This document shows, piece by piece, positions 16,439 to 25,422 of a DNA stretch of 64,000 nucleotides. Position numbers and translations under genes: made by a program. Origin of the DNA: an uncultured Bacteriovoracaceae bacterium (GTDB lineage: Bacteria; Bdellovibrionota; UBA2428); contig CAYZFQ010000002.1 of assembly GCA_964477895.1 (NCBI GenBank), forward strand, positions 278,851-342,850, read 5' to 3'. Within the stretch, counting starts at the first letter, position 1, and the number at the start of each line of letters is the position of its first letter. A model generated the notes under the pieces. That model made no database searches, was not told the DNA's origin, and saw nothing but the letters and a program-made list of their open reading frames with translations.

Positions 16439-18281
16439 GATAGCTTGTTCCCCAATGTCTGGCGTAGCGGAAACTGTGAAAAGAAAAAAAATAATCCGTT
16501 TTTTATGGTCCCGAATCCGCGAGCACCTTCCCTTTATTTCAGGTTCTGTTTTTTTCGCCCTTTGGGCAGGTCTTATCCAAGTGGCCATGGTGAAATTAGG
16601 CCAAGATTTTTTTACAGATACTTTTTTATCCAAAGACTGGTCCAAGGTTGTGCAGTTTGCAGGCTTAGTCGTGGCCGTTTTCACCATAGATGGAATCACC
16701 GACTTTCTGCACCGTTTCTTGCTGCGCATTGCCATCGAACGCAGCGTACGCCGTTTTCGTACGGAAATTTTTGATCGCCTGCTGACCTTTAGCTCGGCCC
16801 AAAGCTCTCAGTATCCCACAGGCCAGGCCGTGAACCTTGTGGCCTCCGACACTCTCCAAGTGGGCACCGGCCTCTACATTGTGGCTGACCTGATTCGGGA
16901 ACCCATTGTCATGCTCGCTCTTTTGGTAAAACTTTTTTTGATCAGCTGGGAGCTAAGCTTGGTCTGCCTTTTTTCCATTCCGATTGTGGCCCTCCTCGGT
17001 AAATGGGTGGGGTCTAGCGCCAAACGCAATCAACATCGCTACCAGGAATCCTTGGATGAAGTTTCCGCTCATGTGATTGAAAGTGTGGGCGGACTCAAAA
17101 CTCTTCATACCTTTTCACTTACAGACATCTTTAAAAAAGAATTTTTCTTAAAAAATAATAAAACTTATGGCCACTTGATTCGCTTAGCACGGGCCGAAGA
17201 AAGTGTGAGTCCACTGACCAAAGCTGCCATGGCCTGGGTGGGTGCCGGACTTATTTTAATGTGCGGCTACCTTTCCATTCACCGCGGAATGACTTTGTCG
17301 GATGCCATGGGATTTTTTATTGCAGCCGGACTTCTGCAGCAACCTATCCGCCAGCTGAACAATGTGAACGTCAAATTACAACGGGTCTTGGCGGCCGGCT
17401 CACGTATCTATAAAATGGTGCATGAACCCCTCGACTCCCTATCCTCCGACCAATCCAATATTTTAGGCCAAAATCCGGCACCCCCCAGCTCCTCTCCCGC
17501 CCCTCTCAAAGCGGTGCCTATGGCCTGGGAAAATATATCCTACCGTTACCCCGAAAATCACAAGGAAGATGCCCGCGGATGGGCGGTGCAGAATGTTTCC
17601 CTGCAGTTAGAGCCCGGCAAAAAATTAGCCCTGGTAGGAAAGAGCGGCTCCGGAAAATCTACTTTATCTCTGCTGGCACTGCGTTTTTTAGATCCTAGCC
17701 AAGGTGCCGTCACTCTTAACGGAAAGTCCGCGCGTGAGTGGGACCTCCTTGAGTACCGCAGCTATTTTTCTTATGTCTCCCAAGATATTTACCTTTTTAA
17801 TCGCAGCATTCGCGACAACTTGCTTTTGGCCAATGCGAAAGCCTCGGAGCCCGAGCTCTGGCAGGCCTTGGAAAAAGCTCAACTGAAAGATTTTGTTTCC
17901 CAGCTTCCCCGCCAGATGGACACTTCTTTGGGGGAACATGCCTCCAAACTTTCGGGTGGCGAAAAGCAACGCTTAGCCATTGCCCGCGCCTTTTTAAAAG
18001 ATGCGCCGCTACTTATCTTAGATGAGGCCACCTCTCAGCTCGATGCCCATAGCGAGCGAGCCTTAAATACTGCTATGCACGAACTCATGAAAGGGCGCAG
18101 TGTTCTTATTATTGCGCATCGACTCTCCACCATTCGTGAAGTGGATGAGGTTGTGGTGATGGAAGCCGGGCACATTGTGGAGCGAGGCTCGCCCTCGGAA
18201 CTCCTTTCTAAGAGTGGCGGCTCTTTTTACAATCTTTGGCATGCTCAAGGCGGCCACCGAGCCCTAGACGTGATTCCATGA
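16437..18281 (+). CDS. msbA: ABC transporter permease/ATPase, MsbA-like lipid A exporter
   Basis: A six-helix N-terminal domain is followed by Walker A GKSGSGKST, the signature LSGGEKQRLAIARA and Walker B LLILDEATSQLD. It neighbours lpxH and the GT9 gene. Confidence 0.85.
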   Translation: MIACSPMSGVAETVKRKKIIRFLWSRIREHLPFISGSVFFALWAGLIQVAMVKLGQDFFTDTFLSKDWSKVVQFAGLVVAVFTIDGITDFLHRFLLRIAIERSVRRFRTEIFDRLLTFSSAQSSQYPTGQAVNLVASDTLQVGTGLYIVADLIREPIVMLALLVKLFLISWELSLVCLFSIPIVALLGKWVGSSAKRNQHRYQESLDEVSAHVIESVGGLKTLHTFSLTDIFKKEFFLKNNKTYGHLIRLARAEESVSPLTKAAMAWVGAGLILMCGYLSIHRGMTLSDAMGFFIAAGLLQQPIRQLNNVNVKLQRVLAAGSRIYKMVHEPLDSLSSDQSNILGQNPAPPSSSPAPLKAVPMAWENISYRYPENHKEDARGWAVQNVSLQLEPGKKLALVGKSGSGKSTLSLLALRFLDPSQGAVTLNGKSAREWDLLEYRSYFSYVSQDIYLFNRSIRDNLLLANAKASEPELWQALEKAQLKDFVSQLPRQMDTSLGEHASKLSGGEKQRLAIARAFLKDAPLLILDEATSQLDAHSERALNTAMHELMKGRSVLIIAHRLSTIREVDEVVVMEAGHIVERGSPSELLSKSGGSFYNLWHAQGGHRALDVIP

Positions 18282-19054
18282 AGATCGGTATTTTTTCTGA
18301 CCTTCATATCCCCAACCGTCCCAGCCAAAGAGCGACTCACTTTGTGGAAGCTCTACGATATCTGCGCAAGCAAGAAAAAATCTCCAAGCTCTGGCTGTTG
18401 GGCGACATCTTTGACTTGCTCGTAGGGAATTTTAATTTTTGGAGGAAGCTTCATCAACCGATTTTCCACGAACTTAAAGAACTCCAGCGCTCGGGATGTG
18501 AAATTTTATGGCTCGAAGGAAATCATGATTTTCACATGTTAGAAATCGCTAACCTTGTAGGTGCCGAAGTGCGGGATGGCCCTCAAATTCTTGATTTGGG
18601 AAAAGAAAAGAAAAAAGTTTATCTTGCTCATGGCGACCTCGTAAACACGGCGGACGAAGCCTACATGCGATGGCGTGCCTTTACCCGCAACCCCTATTTT
18701 CGTAAGTCGATTTCGCTCATCCCTGAGGCTTTTGCCGAAAGCCGTCTGCGAGGCCTGGCCGAGAAAATCAGCGCCACGAGTCGCAACTACTCCGCTCGAC
18801 ACGATAATAATCTGATCGATCTTTATCGTAACTTCGCCCGCAATCGTTTTTATGAGGGTTTTGATGCGGTTTTCATGGGTCACTGCCACGAAAAGGATCT
18901 TTTTGAGCAGGGTCGACATTTCTATTTAAACCTAGGTTCCTGGCTGGGAACGAGCATGGAGTTTGCAGTCTGGCAGCCAAAGAAAGACAGTCCGCCCAAA
19001 ATTTTTGATGCAGCCTCTTTGCCGAGCAAAAAAAAATCGGAGCTTCCCGCTTAG
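18278..19054 (+). CDS. lpxH: UDP-2,3-diacylglucosamine diphosphatase (LpxH-like metallophosphoesterase)
   Basis: Motifs are MKIGIFSDLHI, WLLGDIFD, EGNHDF and AHGD. An ATGA start/stop overlap links it to msbA. Confidence 0.78.
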   Translation: MKIGIFSDLHIPNRPSQRATHFVEALRYLRKQEKISKLWLLGDIFDLLVGNFNFWRKLHQPIFHELKELQRSGCEILWLEGNHDFHMLEIANLVGAEVRDGPQILDLGKEKKKVYLAHGDLVNTADEAYMRWRAFTRNPYFRKSISLIPEAFAESRLRGLAEKISATSRNYSARHDNNLIDLYRNFARNRFYEGFDAVFMGHCHEKDLFEQGRHFYLNLGSWLGTSMEFAVWQPKKDSPPKIFDAASLPSKKKSELPA

Positions 19055-19072
19055 GGAGCTCCGATTTTTTTT
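19028..19072. terminator. Bidirectional rho-independent terminator
   Basis: A9-TCGGAGCTTCCC-GCTTA-GGGAGCTCCGA-T8 is a GC-rich stem flanked by an A-run and a T-run. It lies between convergent lpxH and the 19092..19913 gene. Confidence 0.75.
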
Positions 19073-19091
19073 GATTTGATTCTACGAAAAA

Positions 19092-19913
19092 CTAGTTGAA
19101 GTCTTGGTAAAGAGCTTCTTCTTCAGGTGACACTTCGCGAAGCGGAGCACCTGAGGTAGGGCTGCTTTTAGCTGATGCCTTAGGTGCAGATTTTACTTTC
19201 GCGGGTGCGGCTTCCGCTGGGCCTTGTTCTACAACCGTGCTTTCGATCTTAGGTTGCTCAACAGTAAAGAGCTCATCTGAACTTGTGGTAGGCGCCGAAG
19301 CACTCAGAGCCGTTCCGGTCGCAGCGGGAGTGCTCAGAGCTTTGACAAAGCCCACCTTGGTCAAAGCCAAAGTTTCACTTTGATCATCCGCTAAAGTTGA
19401 GCAGAAATTTCGTGAACCGCTGAGATTCAAAATACCCTCATCAGTGTTGTTAAAAAAGGCACGGGCCACCACTTGGGATTCATCATCAGTCATATTCAAT
19501 TCTGTGATTTCAAAGTTACCGGAATCCTTATTGTACTCAGAACGAACCTTGGAGATAGGCGACAGGGTTAGAGATTTGCCATCTTCTCCAATCACCAAAC
19601 TATAATTTTTAATAGTATGGACGCGGCTTTCGTCATCTTCAAAATCAACAGGGGATTCGATGGAAACTTTTCCATTACCGATGGTCACCACATCAAAGAG
19701 GCTGGGCTTTGAAATAGTGTCTCCGCAGCTTAACTGCGACATTTTCCAAGTTCCGTCCAACATTTTTTGATCAATTTTTGCAGAAGATGCGGCTGAAGAA
19801 GCTGCCGATTCTTGTGAAGACGGGGAAAGTGAGGGCTGGTCCACCTCGTTGCAAGCCGTAAGTGAAATCAACATTCCCACAGTACCGCTCATCCATACGT
19901 TTTTTAACAACAT
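19092..19913 (-). CDS. Lipoprotein of unknown function
   Basis: 273 aa. The signal peptide has the lipobox MLISLTAC, a GGAGG RBS is present, and both termini have Ser/Ala-rich linkers. Confidence 0.6.
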   Translation of the reverse strand: MLLKNVWMSGTVGMLISLTACNEVDQPSLSPSSQESAASSAASSAKIDQKMLDGTWKMSQLSCGDTISKPSLFDVVTIGNGKVSIESPVDFEDDESRVHTIKNYSLVIGEDGKSLTLSPISKVRSEYNKDSGNFEITELNMTDDESQVVARAFFNNTDEGILNLSGSRNFCSTLADDQSETLALTKVGFVKALSTPAATGTALSASAPTTSSDELFTVEQPKIESTVVEQGPAEAAPAKVKSAPKASAKSSPTSGAPLREVSPEEEALYQDFN

Positions 19914-19955
19914 AAAGGGACCTCCATTTAACTTTCAAAGTATCTAGGAGTATGA

Positions 19956-19971
19956 AGCGAAACTCGTGCCA
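19956..19971 (-). promoter_or_regulatory. Sigma-54 (-24/-12) type promoter
   Basis: The minus strand reads TGGCACGAGTTTCGCT with a perfect TGGCACG and exact GG-N10-GC spacing. It ends 42 nt before the ATG at 19913. Confidence 0.55.
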
Positions 19972-20060
19972 AGTTAGGAGAGTCTGAGCCCAAGTTTTGA
20001 TGGGAGATGGCCCGAAGATTCCCGCTAAAGCGGCCTGAGCAACACAAGGAATGCAGGTCA

Positions 20061-20079
20061 CTGCCTAGTTTTTAGACAG
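20061..20079. promoter_or_regulatory. 19-bp palindrome-family site (candidate UAS)
   Basis: CTGCCTAGTTTTTAGACAG matches CTGTCTAAAGTTTAGACAG (368-386) at 15 of 19 positions. It lies 89 nt upstream of the minus-strand sigma-54-type promoter. Confidence 0.45.
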
Positions 20080-20092
20080 AATATTAAGCAAA

Positions 20093-20246
20093 CAACTGTG
20101 CGCTCTTAAGTGGATCTACCGAGGAATAACCTACTGAAATTAAAGCAATTTTCACAGCTAGGCCCCAGAAAGTGCCGAGATCATCAAAACTTAAATAAAA
20201 ACAAACAGTTAAATCGACGTCAGGTCCACTTAAGGGCGCACAGTAG
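20093..20246. repeat. Inverted-repeat element, family E, copy 3 (MITE/REP-like)
   Basis: The arms are CAACTGTGCGCTCTTAAGTGGA (20093-20114) and TCCACTTAAGGGCGCACAGTAG (20225-20246), which are reverse complements with 2 mismatches. The spacer is 110 nt and AT-rich. The element starts 3 nt after the spoVR stop. Confidence 0.7.
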
Positions 20247-20249
20247 TTT

Positions 20250-21779
20250 TTACTTAGTCTGGTCTGGACTAAAAAGCTGAGGGCCAGCCACTTCGCGCTG
20301 ACTGTATTCTTTGCCATCAAAGCCCATCAGAGTGATCTTTCCCTCCAGCAGAGTTTCAATAAATACGGGACGCGACCAAAGGGCCTGGATATTGCGTAAG
20401 GTGAGGTCGGCGTAGTCCGGACGCAAGTCTCGCCCATCGTGCTGATGCTTCAGGAGAAGGGCTCCTCGGTTTTCGAAGTTTCCGTCAATCACCTCGATAA
20501 TGGGCTGGCCGAAGTTAGTGAGCTGCAAAAGAAGCTTGTCTTTCACCTTTTGAAATTCGCGAGTTTCGATCTCATCTTGGCCACTGCGCTGATTGTGCGC
20601 GAAAGTGAACATTTTGTTTCGACGGCAAAAATCTTCCGTAAGGAAGGTGTCGATAAAAGTCACGTCGTTATAAAGCTTGCGGACTTCGAAAATCTTCTGC
20701 CGACCCAATCCAAGCTTTTTATCCCAATGACCTTTAGCTAAATAGTCCTCACACTCGTCCCACTCTTTACCAAAATGGCCCTTGTTCCAGCGCTCCTCGA
20801 TATCTCGGAAGAGCTCGAGCCCCACCTTATACGGGTTAAGACCACCGGGTGCCGTGGCCACGGTGCCGCTATGCACGTCGGCGTAATCGATGATTTCCGA
20901 GTCATTTAAAAGACCGCCGGTCATCATATGAGTGTGCCAAAAGCTGGCCCAGCCCTCGTTCATAATTTTGGTCTGGCCCTGGGGCGCAAAATAATAGGCC
21001 TCATCACGAACAATTTCTAAGCAATCTTGCTGCCAAGATTTTAAGGGCGCGTAGCTCAGCAAAAACCCTAAAACATCTCGCTCTGGATTTTCGGGGAAAC
21101 GACTCGCGCGGGCCTGCGCTTCATCAGATTTTTTTTTGCGTTGTGATTCCATATGGCCTGCCGGATTCACGAACTTATCCATATAGGAGCTGGCCTTGAT
21201 GCGATTTTCTTCTTCCGGTTCGTCAGCCAAATCGAGGTTGGGCTTCTCGGCAATTTTGCGACGTTTGCCCGCTGAATGATAGTCGAGCAAGTTATCAAGC
21301 GACAAACAGCGATCGATAAATTCTTCCACCACTTCCACCCCATGCCGTTCCTGATGCCGACGTACCGAAACAGCGTGATTAGCCATTTCATCCAACATGC
21401 GACGGTTGGTATGGGAGAAAAACACATTGTTCTTGAAAAAATCGGCGTGGCCATAAACGTGAGCCATCACCAATTTTTGTTCCATCAGATTATTTGAACT
21501 CAAAAGGTAGGCGTAGCAAGGATCGGTGTTGATCACCATCTCGTAAATCTTTCCTAAGCCATAGGTGTAAGATTTCGAGAGACGATCAAACTCCATCCCA
21601 AAGCGCCAGTGCGGGTATCGCTGGGGAAATCCACCTAGAGCTGCGAGCTCGTTGACTTCGTTGTAATCCACGACTTCATAAATAACTTCGGTAAAATCTA
21701 GACCCAACTCCGTGGCGCGCTTTTTAATGACCTCTTGCCACTCTTGTAATTCCTTGTTGATTCCGTGAACTCGCGCCAT
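20250..21779 (-). CDS. SpoVR/YcgB-family protein
   Basis: 509 aa. [32 protein letters not shown] and [15 protein letters not shown] are hallmark SpoVR motifs. Confidence 0.9.
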   Translation of the reverse strand: MARVHGINKELQEWQEVIKKRATELGLDFTEVIYEVVDYNEVNELAALGGFPQRYPHWRFGMEFDRLSKSYTYGLGKIYEMVINTDPCYAYLLSSNNLMEQKLVMAHVYGHADFFKNNVFFSHTNRRMLDEMANHAVSVRRHQERHGVEVVEEFIDRCLSLDNLLDYHSAGKRRKIAEKPNLDLADEPEEENRIKASSYMDKFVNPAGHMESQRKKKSDEAQARASRFPENPERDVLGFLLSYAPLKSWQQDCLEIVRDEAYYFAPQGQTKIMNEGWASFWHTHMMTGGLLNDSEIIDYADVHSGTVATAPGGLNPYKVGLELFRDIEERWNKGHFGKEWDECEDYLAKGHWDKKLGLGRQKIFEVRKLYNDVTFIDTFLTEDFCRRNKMFTFAHNQRSGQDEIETREFQKVKDKLLLQLTNFGQPIIEVIDGNFENRGALLLKHQHDGRDLRPDYADLTLRNIQALWSRPVFIETLLEGKITLMGFDGKEYSQREVAGPQLFSPDQTK

Positions 21780-21782
21780 AGT

Positions 21783-22916
21783 TTAGCGACCTGCTCCTAA
21801 AAATTGTTTGATCGATGTGTAGATGGATTCTTTGTCGGGAATCCGCGAAGCCACCACTCGGTCTTCGCTAGAAAAATGCTCCATCAAATCTTTAAAAAAT
21901 TGTCCGCTGCCATAGCGGCTTTCCACCTGGCCGTAGGAAAACTGATTGACCATGGGGAGCATCTCATTGGCGAGGAGGTCCAAACAAACTTTAGTGTCTT
22001 CGCTTGACCAGTTGTCTCCGTCGCTAAAATGAAAGGGGTAAATGTTCCAGTCGGCTGAAGGGTAGTCCTTTTTCACAATTTCATGGGCCAATTTGTAAGC
22101 GGAGCTGATAAGAGTACCCCCACTCTCGCGAGTTTTATAAAAGGTGTCTTCGTCCACTTCTCGGGCGACCGCATCGTGAATAATATATCGGCGATGAATT
22201 CCGGTGTACTGTGAGCGAAGCCAAGTATCGATCCAAAAGGCTTCCGTGCGTACAATTTCTTTTTGCTCGTCACCCATACTGCCTGAAACGTCCATGATGT
22301 AGAGGATCACAGCATTGGTTTGAGGCCGGGGACTCTCCGTCCAACCCCGAAATCTAAAATCTGACTTAATGGGAATAATCGCCGGATTCTTAGGGTCATA
22401 AACTCCGGCCGCGATTTGGCGTTTGAGCGCCTCACGATAGGTTCGGCGAAAATGCTTTAGAGAGTTGGGACCGACACGGTGAATATTTTTGTAACGGGTG
22501 CTTTTAATTGTGAGGTCCTGGGAACCTTTGGGTAAAATATTTGGAAGCGCAAGTTCTTCGCCCAGCATCTCAGCGAGCTCGGCCAAAGAAACATCCACTT
22601 CCATGGAATGCTGGCCCTCATTGTTGCCCGCCTCGCCTTGCCCATCACCTTCCTTAGGTTCACCATTAATAGGATCGCCGGGATTGCCTTCACCTTGGCC
22701 CACGCCACCCTGTTTTTGACCGCCGAAAGTAAAGTGAGGAAGGTCAATTTGTGGAACGGGAATAGAAACGCGGTCTCCGCCCTTTCGGCCCAGCAGCTCT
22801 CCGTGTGAAATAAATTTCTTAAGATTTTGGCGAATTTTACCGCGCACAATATCTTTAAATCGGCCGTGGTCACGCTTAATACCAGACATGGAAAAAGTCC
22901 GTACTTCATCGACCAT
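21783..22916 (-). CDS. YeaH/YhbH (DUF444) family protein with a vWA-like domain
   Basis: 377 aa with a glycine-rich acidic loop ([18 protein letters not shown]) and the MIDAS-like motif [12 protein letters not shown]. It lies 3 nt upstream of spoVR. Confidence 0.88.
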   Translation of the reverse strand: MVDEVRTFSMSGIKRDHGRFKDIVRGKIRQNLKKFISHGELLGRKGGDRVSIPVPQIDLPHFTFGGQKQGGVGQGEGNPGDPINGEPKEGDGQGEAGNNEGQHSMEVDVSLAELAEMLGEELALPNILPKGSQDLTIKSTRYKNIHRVGPNSLKHFRRTYREALKRQIAAGVYDPKNPAIIPIKSDFRFRGWTESPRPQTNAVILYIMDVSGSMGDEQKEIVRTEAFWIDTWLRSQYTGIHRRYIIHDAVAREVDEDTFYKTRESGGTLISSAYKLAHEIVKKDYPSADWNIYPFHFSDGDNWSSEDTKVCLDLLANEMLPMVNQFSYGQVESRYGSGQFFKDLMEHFSSEDRVVASRIPDKESIYTSIKQFLGAGR

Positions 22917-23009
22917 ATCCTGATTATAGCGGCAAAATTGAGGGGAGTCCTAGGTCTTAGAATGCGGCGTCAAAAAAATGGCGCGCGGGACTGGCAGACA
23001 TCTGCCCGG

Positions 23010-23795
23010 CTAAAAAATCCAGGCCGCAAATGCGGAATAGTCTTTCTGGGTGCTTCCCTCTGCGCCCACCGTCACTCCGTCATAAACCTCAACATCCACA
23101 CCCAAGAGGGCAGAAGTCACCGGCGACTTAGCATTACGAAAGTACCTACTCCGTTGAATCTCGGCGATAAATGTAAAGATTCCCAGCCCAAACTCAGATC
23201 CCGCACTAATGGTTTGCTCAGGCAAGACGAGGGCATCCAAAATGTGGCCCAGATCTGAGAATCCGGAATGCTTCGATTCGAGGTATAGGAGCCATGCGCC
23301 CAAGGCCTGCCATTCGAGCCCCAATTGGACCTGTCGTTCCGTGGAGCGCGCACTTAAAAAGCGGTCCTCATATCGAGTTCCTAATAGTCCAAAGCGCAAA
23401 CCCCAATCGTCGCTCATTAAAAAACGGCCGCGGATGCCAAATGAGCTAGAGAAAAAATCAGAAAGAACTTTGCTGCGCCCAATGGTGGATGCCAAATAGG
23501 TACCGCGAAAAAAGTAGTACTGGCCTCCCAAGCTCAGGCCCCAGTAGTCCGAGGAGCTTTCGACTTTCGTATGGGCATAGCCCGCTTTGAGCTGAAGTTT
23601 TGGGCTCAGACCTAGGTTAGCTCGTAGGGTTCCCGACGAACTAGCATTTTTTCCGTCGCCTGCGGAAATTTCTAGAGAGCTAGGTCGCTTTCGCAATTCC
23701 TCATTTTTCTCGTCGGCCCGAGATTTAAAAGCACAACACAGAAAAACCAAAACTAAGGAGAGCTGAATGGAGAGGCTCTTCAAATCAACAATCAT
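23010..23795 (-). CDS. Putative outer-membrane beta-barrel protein
   Basis: 261 aa with a signal peptide, alternating hydrophobic beta-strand periodicity rich in G/Y/F, and a C-terminus ending ...AAWIF. Confidence 0.5.
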   Translation of the reverse strand: MIVDLKSLSIQLSLVLVFLCCAFKSRADEKNEELRKRPSSLEISAGDGKNASSSGTLRANLGLSPKLQLKAGYAHTKVESSSDYWGLSLGGQYYFFRGTYLASTIGRSKVLSDFFSSSFGIRGRFLMSDDWGLRFGLLGTRYEDRFLSARSTERQVQLGLEWQALGAWLLYLESKHSGFSDLGHILDALVLPEQTISAGSEFGLGIFTFIAEIQRSRYFRNAKSPVTSALLGVDVEVYDGVTVGAEGSTQKDYSAFAAWIF

Positions 23796-23823
23796 AAAAG
23801 CCTCCCCTAACTAAATTCAGTGC

Positions 23824-24138
23824 TTAGTTGGCTGTAGAATTTTCAACGGAACTTGATGCACCTTCGCTCACCTTATCGGATTGTCCCCGATTTTCACGAC
23901 GCTCTTCTCTTCGACCTTCACGTCGGTCTTGGCGATTGTCTCTACGCTCTTCCCGACGTTCTTGCCGATCTTCCCTACGCTCTTGGCGATTCTCACGGCG
24001 TTCTTGGCGATTCTCTTGGCGGTCGGAGGCGCGTTCCTGCCGATTTTCTCGACGCTGTTCGACGCGCGCTCGATCTCGAGCCTGAACTCCAAAGATAGGC
24101 ACAAGTGCAAGAATGGCTGTGATGGTGATTTTTTTCAT
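23824..24138 (-). CDS. Small secreted Arg/Glu-repeat (polyampholyte) protein
   Basis: 104 aa. The signal peptide MKKITITAILALVPIFGVQA is followed by about 65 aa made almost entirely of R/E/D/Q/N in RRE(N/D)RQE-like heptads. Confidence 0.55.
   Translation of the reverse strand: MKKITITAILALVPIFGVQARDRARVEQRRENRQERASDRQENRQERRENRQERREDRQERREERRDNRQDRREGRREERRENRGQSDKVSEGASSSVENSTAN
23884..24078 (-). repeat. Imperfect 21-nt tandem coding repeats
   Basis: Units such as CGTTCTTGGCGATTCTC recur on the plus strand and encode the RRExRQE heptads. The region is open in several frames because the composition contains few stop codons. Confidence 0.7.
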
Positions 24139-24277
24139 TATTCCCCCTAGGTATGAGATCTGAGTATAAAGGAAGGATTTTCAATGTGCCAAGGGGGAGG
24201 GCAATGCTAAAAAATTGGCATCTGCCGGCAGCCTAAAGAGAGAAAATCCATCCGCATCCAAACGAACGATTGACCTT

Positions 24278-25420
24278 CTAAATCCCGAATCGCAGGAGCC
24301 TTGGCTTTAGCTTTCGACCGGCACCCAAATAAGATTCAGCAGCCCACACCGTCGAGGATTTCTCGTCTTTAATGTCCAAAGTTAAGCAGGAAATGGCCCG
24401 GCAGCCTTCTATCTTCCCTAGGAGTTTAGGCGAAAGTGCGGGAGGAGGAAGCTCGGGGTCTTCTGGCTTCACCAAGGAAATAGAATAAATCTCCGCGGCC
24501 TGGGCGCCCTCCACAGCTATCAACAGCAAAGGATCGGTTTCTCGGTCTACGGCCAGAAGCCCCGTGATGCGATGTTCAAAGGCATGAACCTTTTGCGACT
24601 CTTCTTCATGACTCATGGGGTTTCGACGGATGCGGTAAAGCTCCGTAGAAGACTTGGTGGTGGCATAGCACCAGCCCTCGGTATCTGTGGCGGCAGAAAG
24701 TTCAAAGGAATCTTCCGGAAACTTCAAAGGTGTGGGCTTGGCTTTGATATCGGTTTGGCCCATGCGCAGCAGGCGCCCATTTTCCCCCACGAACCAGAAG
24801 TTACCATCTGTGTCTCGATGAAAGCCTCGGTTAAGACCCAAGTCCTTGCGCAAGGTTTCACGCTTTTCAGAATTCATATAGGGCTCGCGCCAAACCGAAG
24901 TCCCATGCAAACCAAAAATGAAATCCCCCAAATGAGCCACATCTAAAATCGCCCCAGGGTCTTTCACCCGACGCAAATTTGTTTCGTCCCCACTCAGTTG
25001 CACCACGGAGTGTCGCACATTCGCGCCCATGCCCCCGTCGTTATCCGCAAAAAAATTAAGAAGTTCTTGGCCCGATTTTTTTGTGATGGATCCGCCCGCT
25101 AAAGACTGAGCAAAGGTAGGTAGAAATCCGCCATGAATCGCGGCCAAAGCCGTGTCGCCGCTGGTGGTAAATCGCAAGCCACCGATCACACCTAAAAGAT
25201 CGCCACCCAAGTCATCTTCTAACTTTAGGTCGCTGAAATGAGCTTTTCCATCCTGAAAACGCACCCGAAAAAGAGAGGGCTTTGAAAAAATAAGTCCACA
25301 AAGCAAAGAACCATCTTTTTGCATATGAAGAGCGGTGACCACCGGACCTTCGCCTGATTCCAGGGGCTGAGTCGGAACCTCAAAAAAAGAACTTTCCACT
25401 GCACTCCTCTCACAAATCAA
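24278..25420 (-). CDS. Hypothetical protein (possibly a beta-propeller-like repeat protein)
   Basis: 380-aa ORF starting 3 nt after the valS stop. No signal peptide and no recognised motif. Confidence 0.55.
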   Translation of the reverse strand: MICERSAVESSFFEVPTQPLESGEGPVVTALHMQKDGSLLCGLIFSKPSLFRVRFQDGKAHFSDLKLEDDLGGDLLGVIGGLRFTTSGDTALAAIHGGFLPTFAQSLAGGSITKKSGQELLNFFADNDGGMGANVRHSVVQLSGDETNLRRVKDPGAILDVAHLGDFIFGLHGTSVWREPYMNSEKRETLRKDLGLNRGFHRDTDGNFWFVGENGRLLRMGQTDIKAKPTPLKFPEDSFELSAATDTEGWCYATTKSSTELYRIRRNPMSHEEESQKVHAFEHRITGLLAVDRETDPLLLIAVEGAQAAEIYSISLVKPEDPELPPPALSPKLLGKIEGCRAISCLTLDIKDEKSSTVWAAESYLGAGRKLKPRLLRFGI

Positions 25421-25422
25421 TT

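Noticed and set aside
16439-16735. N-terminal 99-codon extension of the GT9 glycosyltransferase ORF (403-aa version).
   Set aside because: It runs antisense through the 5' end of msbA, is Lys/Arg-rich with no GT9 similarity, and the conserved GT9 N-terminus begins right after the internal Met at 16438. Even so, the divergent GT9 and msbA starts are nearly back-to-back, so one or both true starts may lie further in.
20084-20320. 78-aa ORF covering the family-E element copy 3 and the end of spoVR.
   Set aside because: It spans a non-coding repeat and overlaps the spoVR 3' end. It has no RBS and no homology cues.
22981-23010. GGCAGACATCTGCC palindrome after the beta-barrel gene, considered as a terminator.
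   Set aside because: The stem would have only a 2-nt loop, and the U-run is about 15 nt away on the transcribed strand. This is too weak to call as a feature.
23828-24184. At least six overlapping ORFs of 63-89 aa in multiple frames on both strands across the Arg/Glu-repeat gene.
   Set aside because: The repeat composition (CG/GA/TC-rich 21-nt units) contains few stop codons in several frames. Only the minus-strand frame has a signal peptide, an RBS context and a sensible start. The others are shadow ORFs.
24186-24204. The minus strand reads TTGGCACATTGAAAATCC upstream of the Arg/Glu-repeat gene, with a perfect TGGCAC -24 element.
   Set aside because: No GC dinucleotide lies at the -12 position (the sequence there is AAAAT), so it does not meet the -24/-12 definition.
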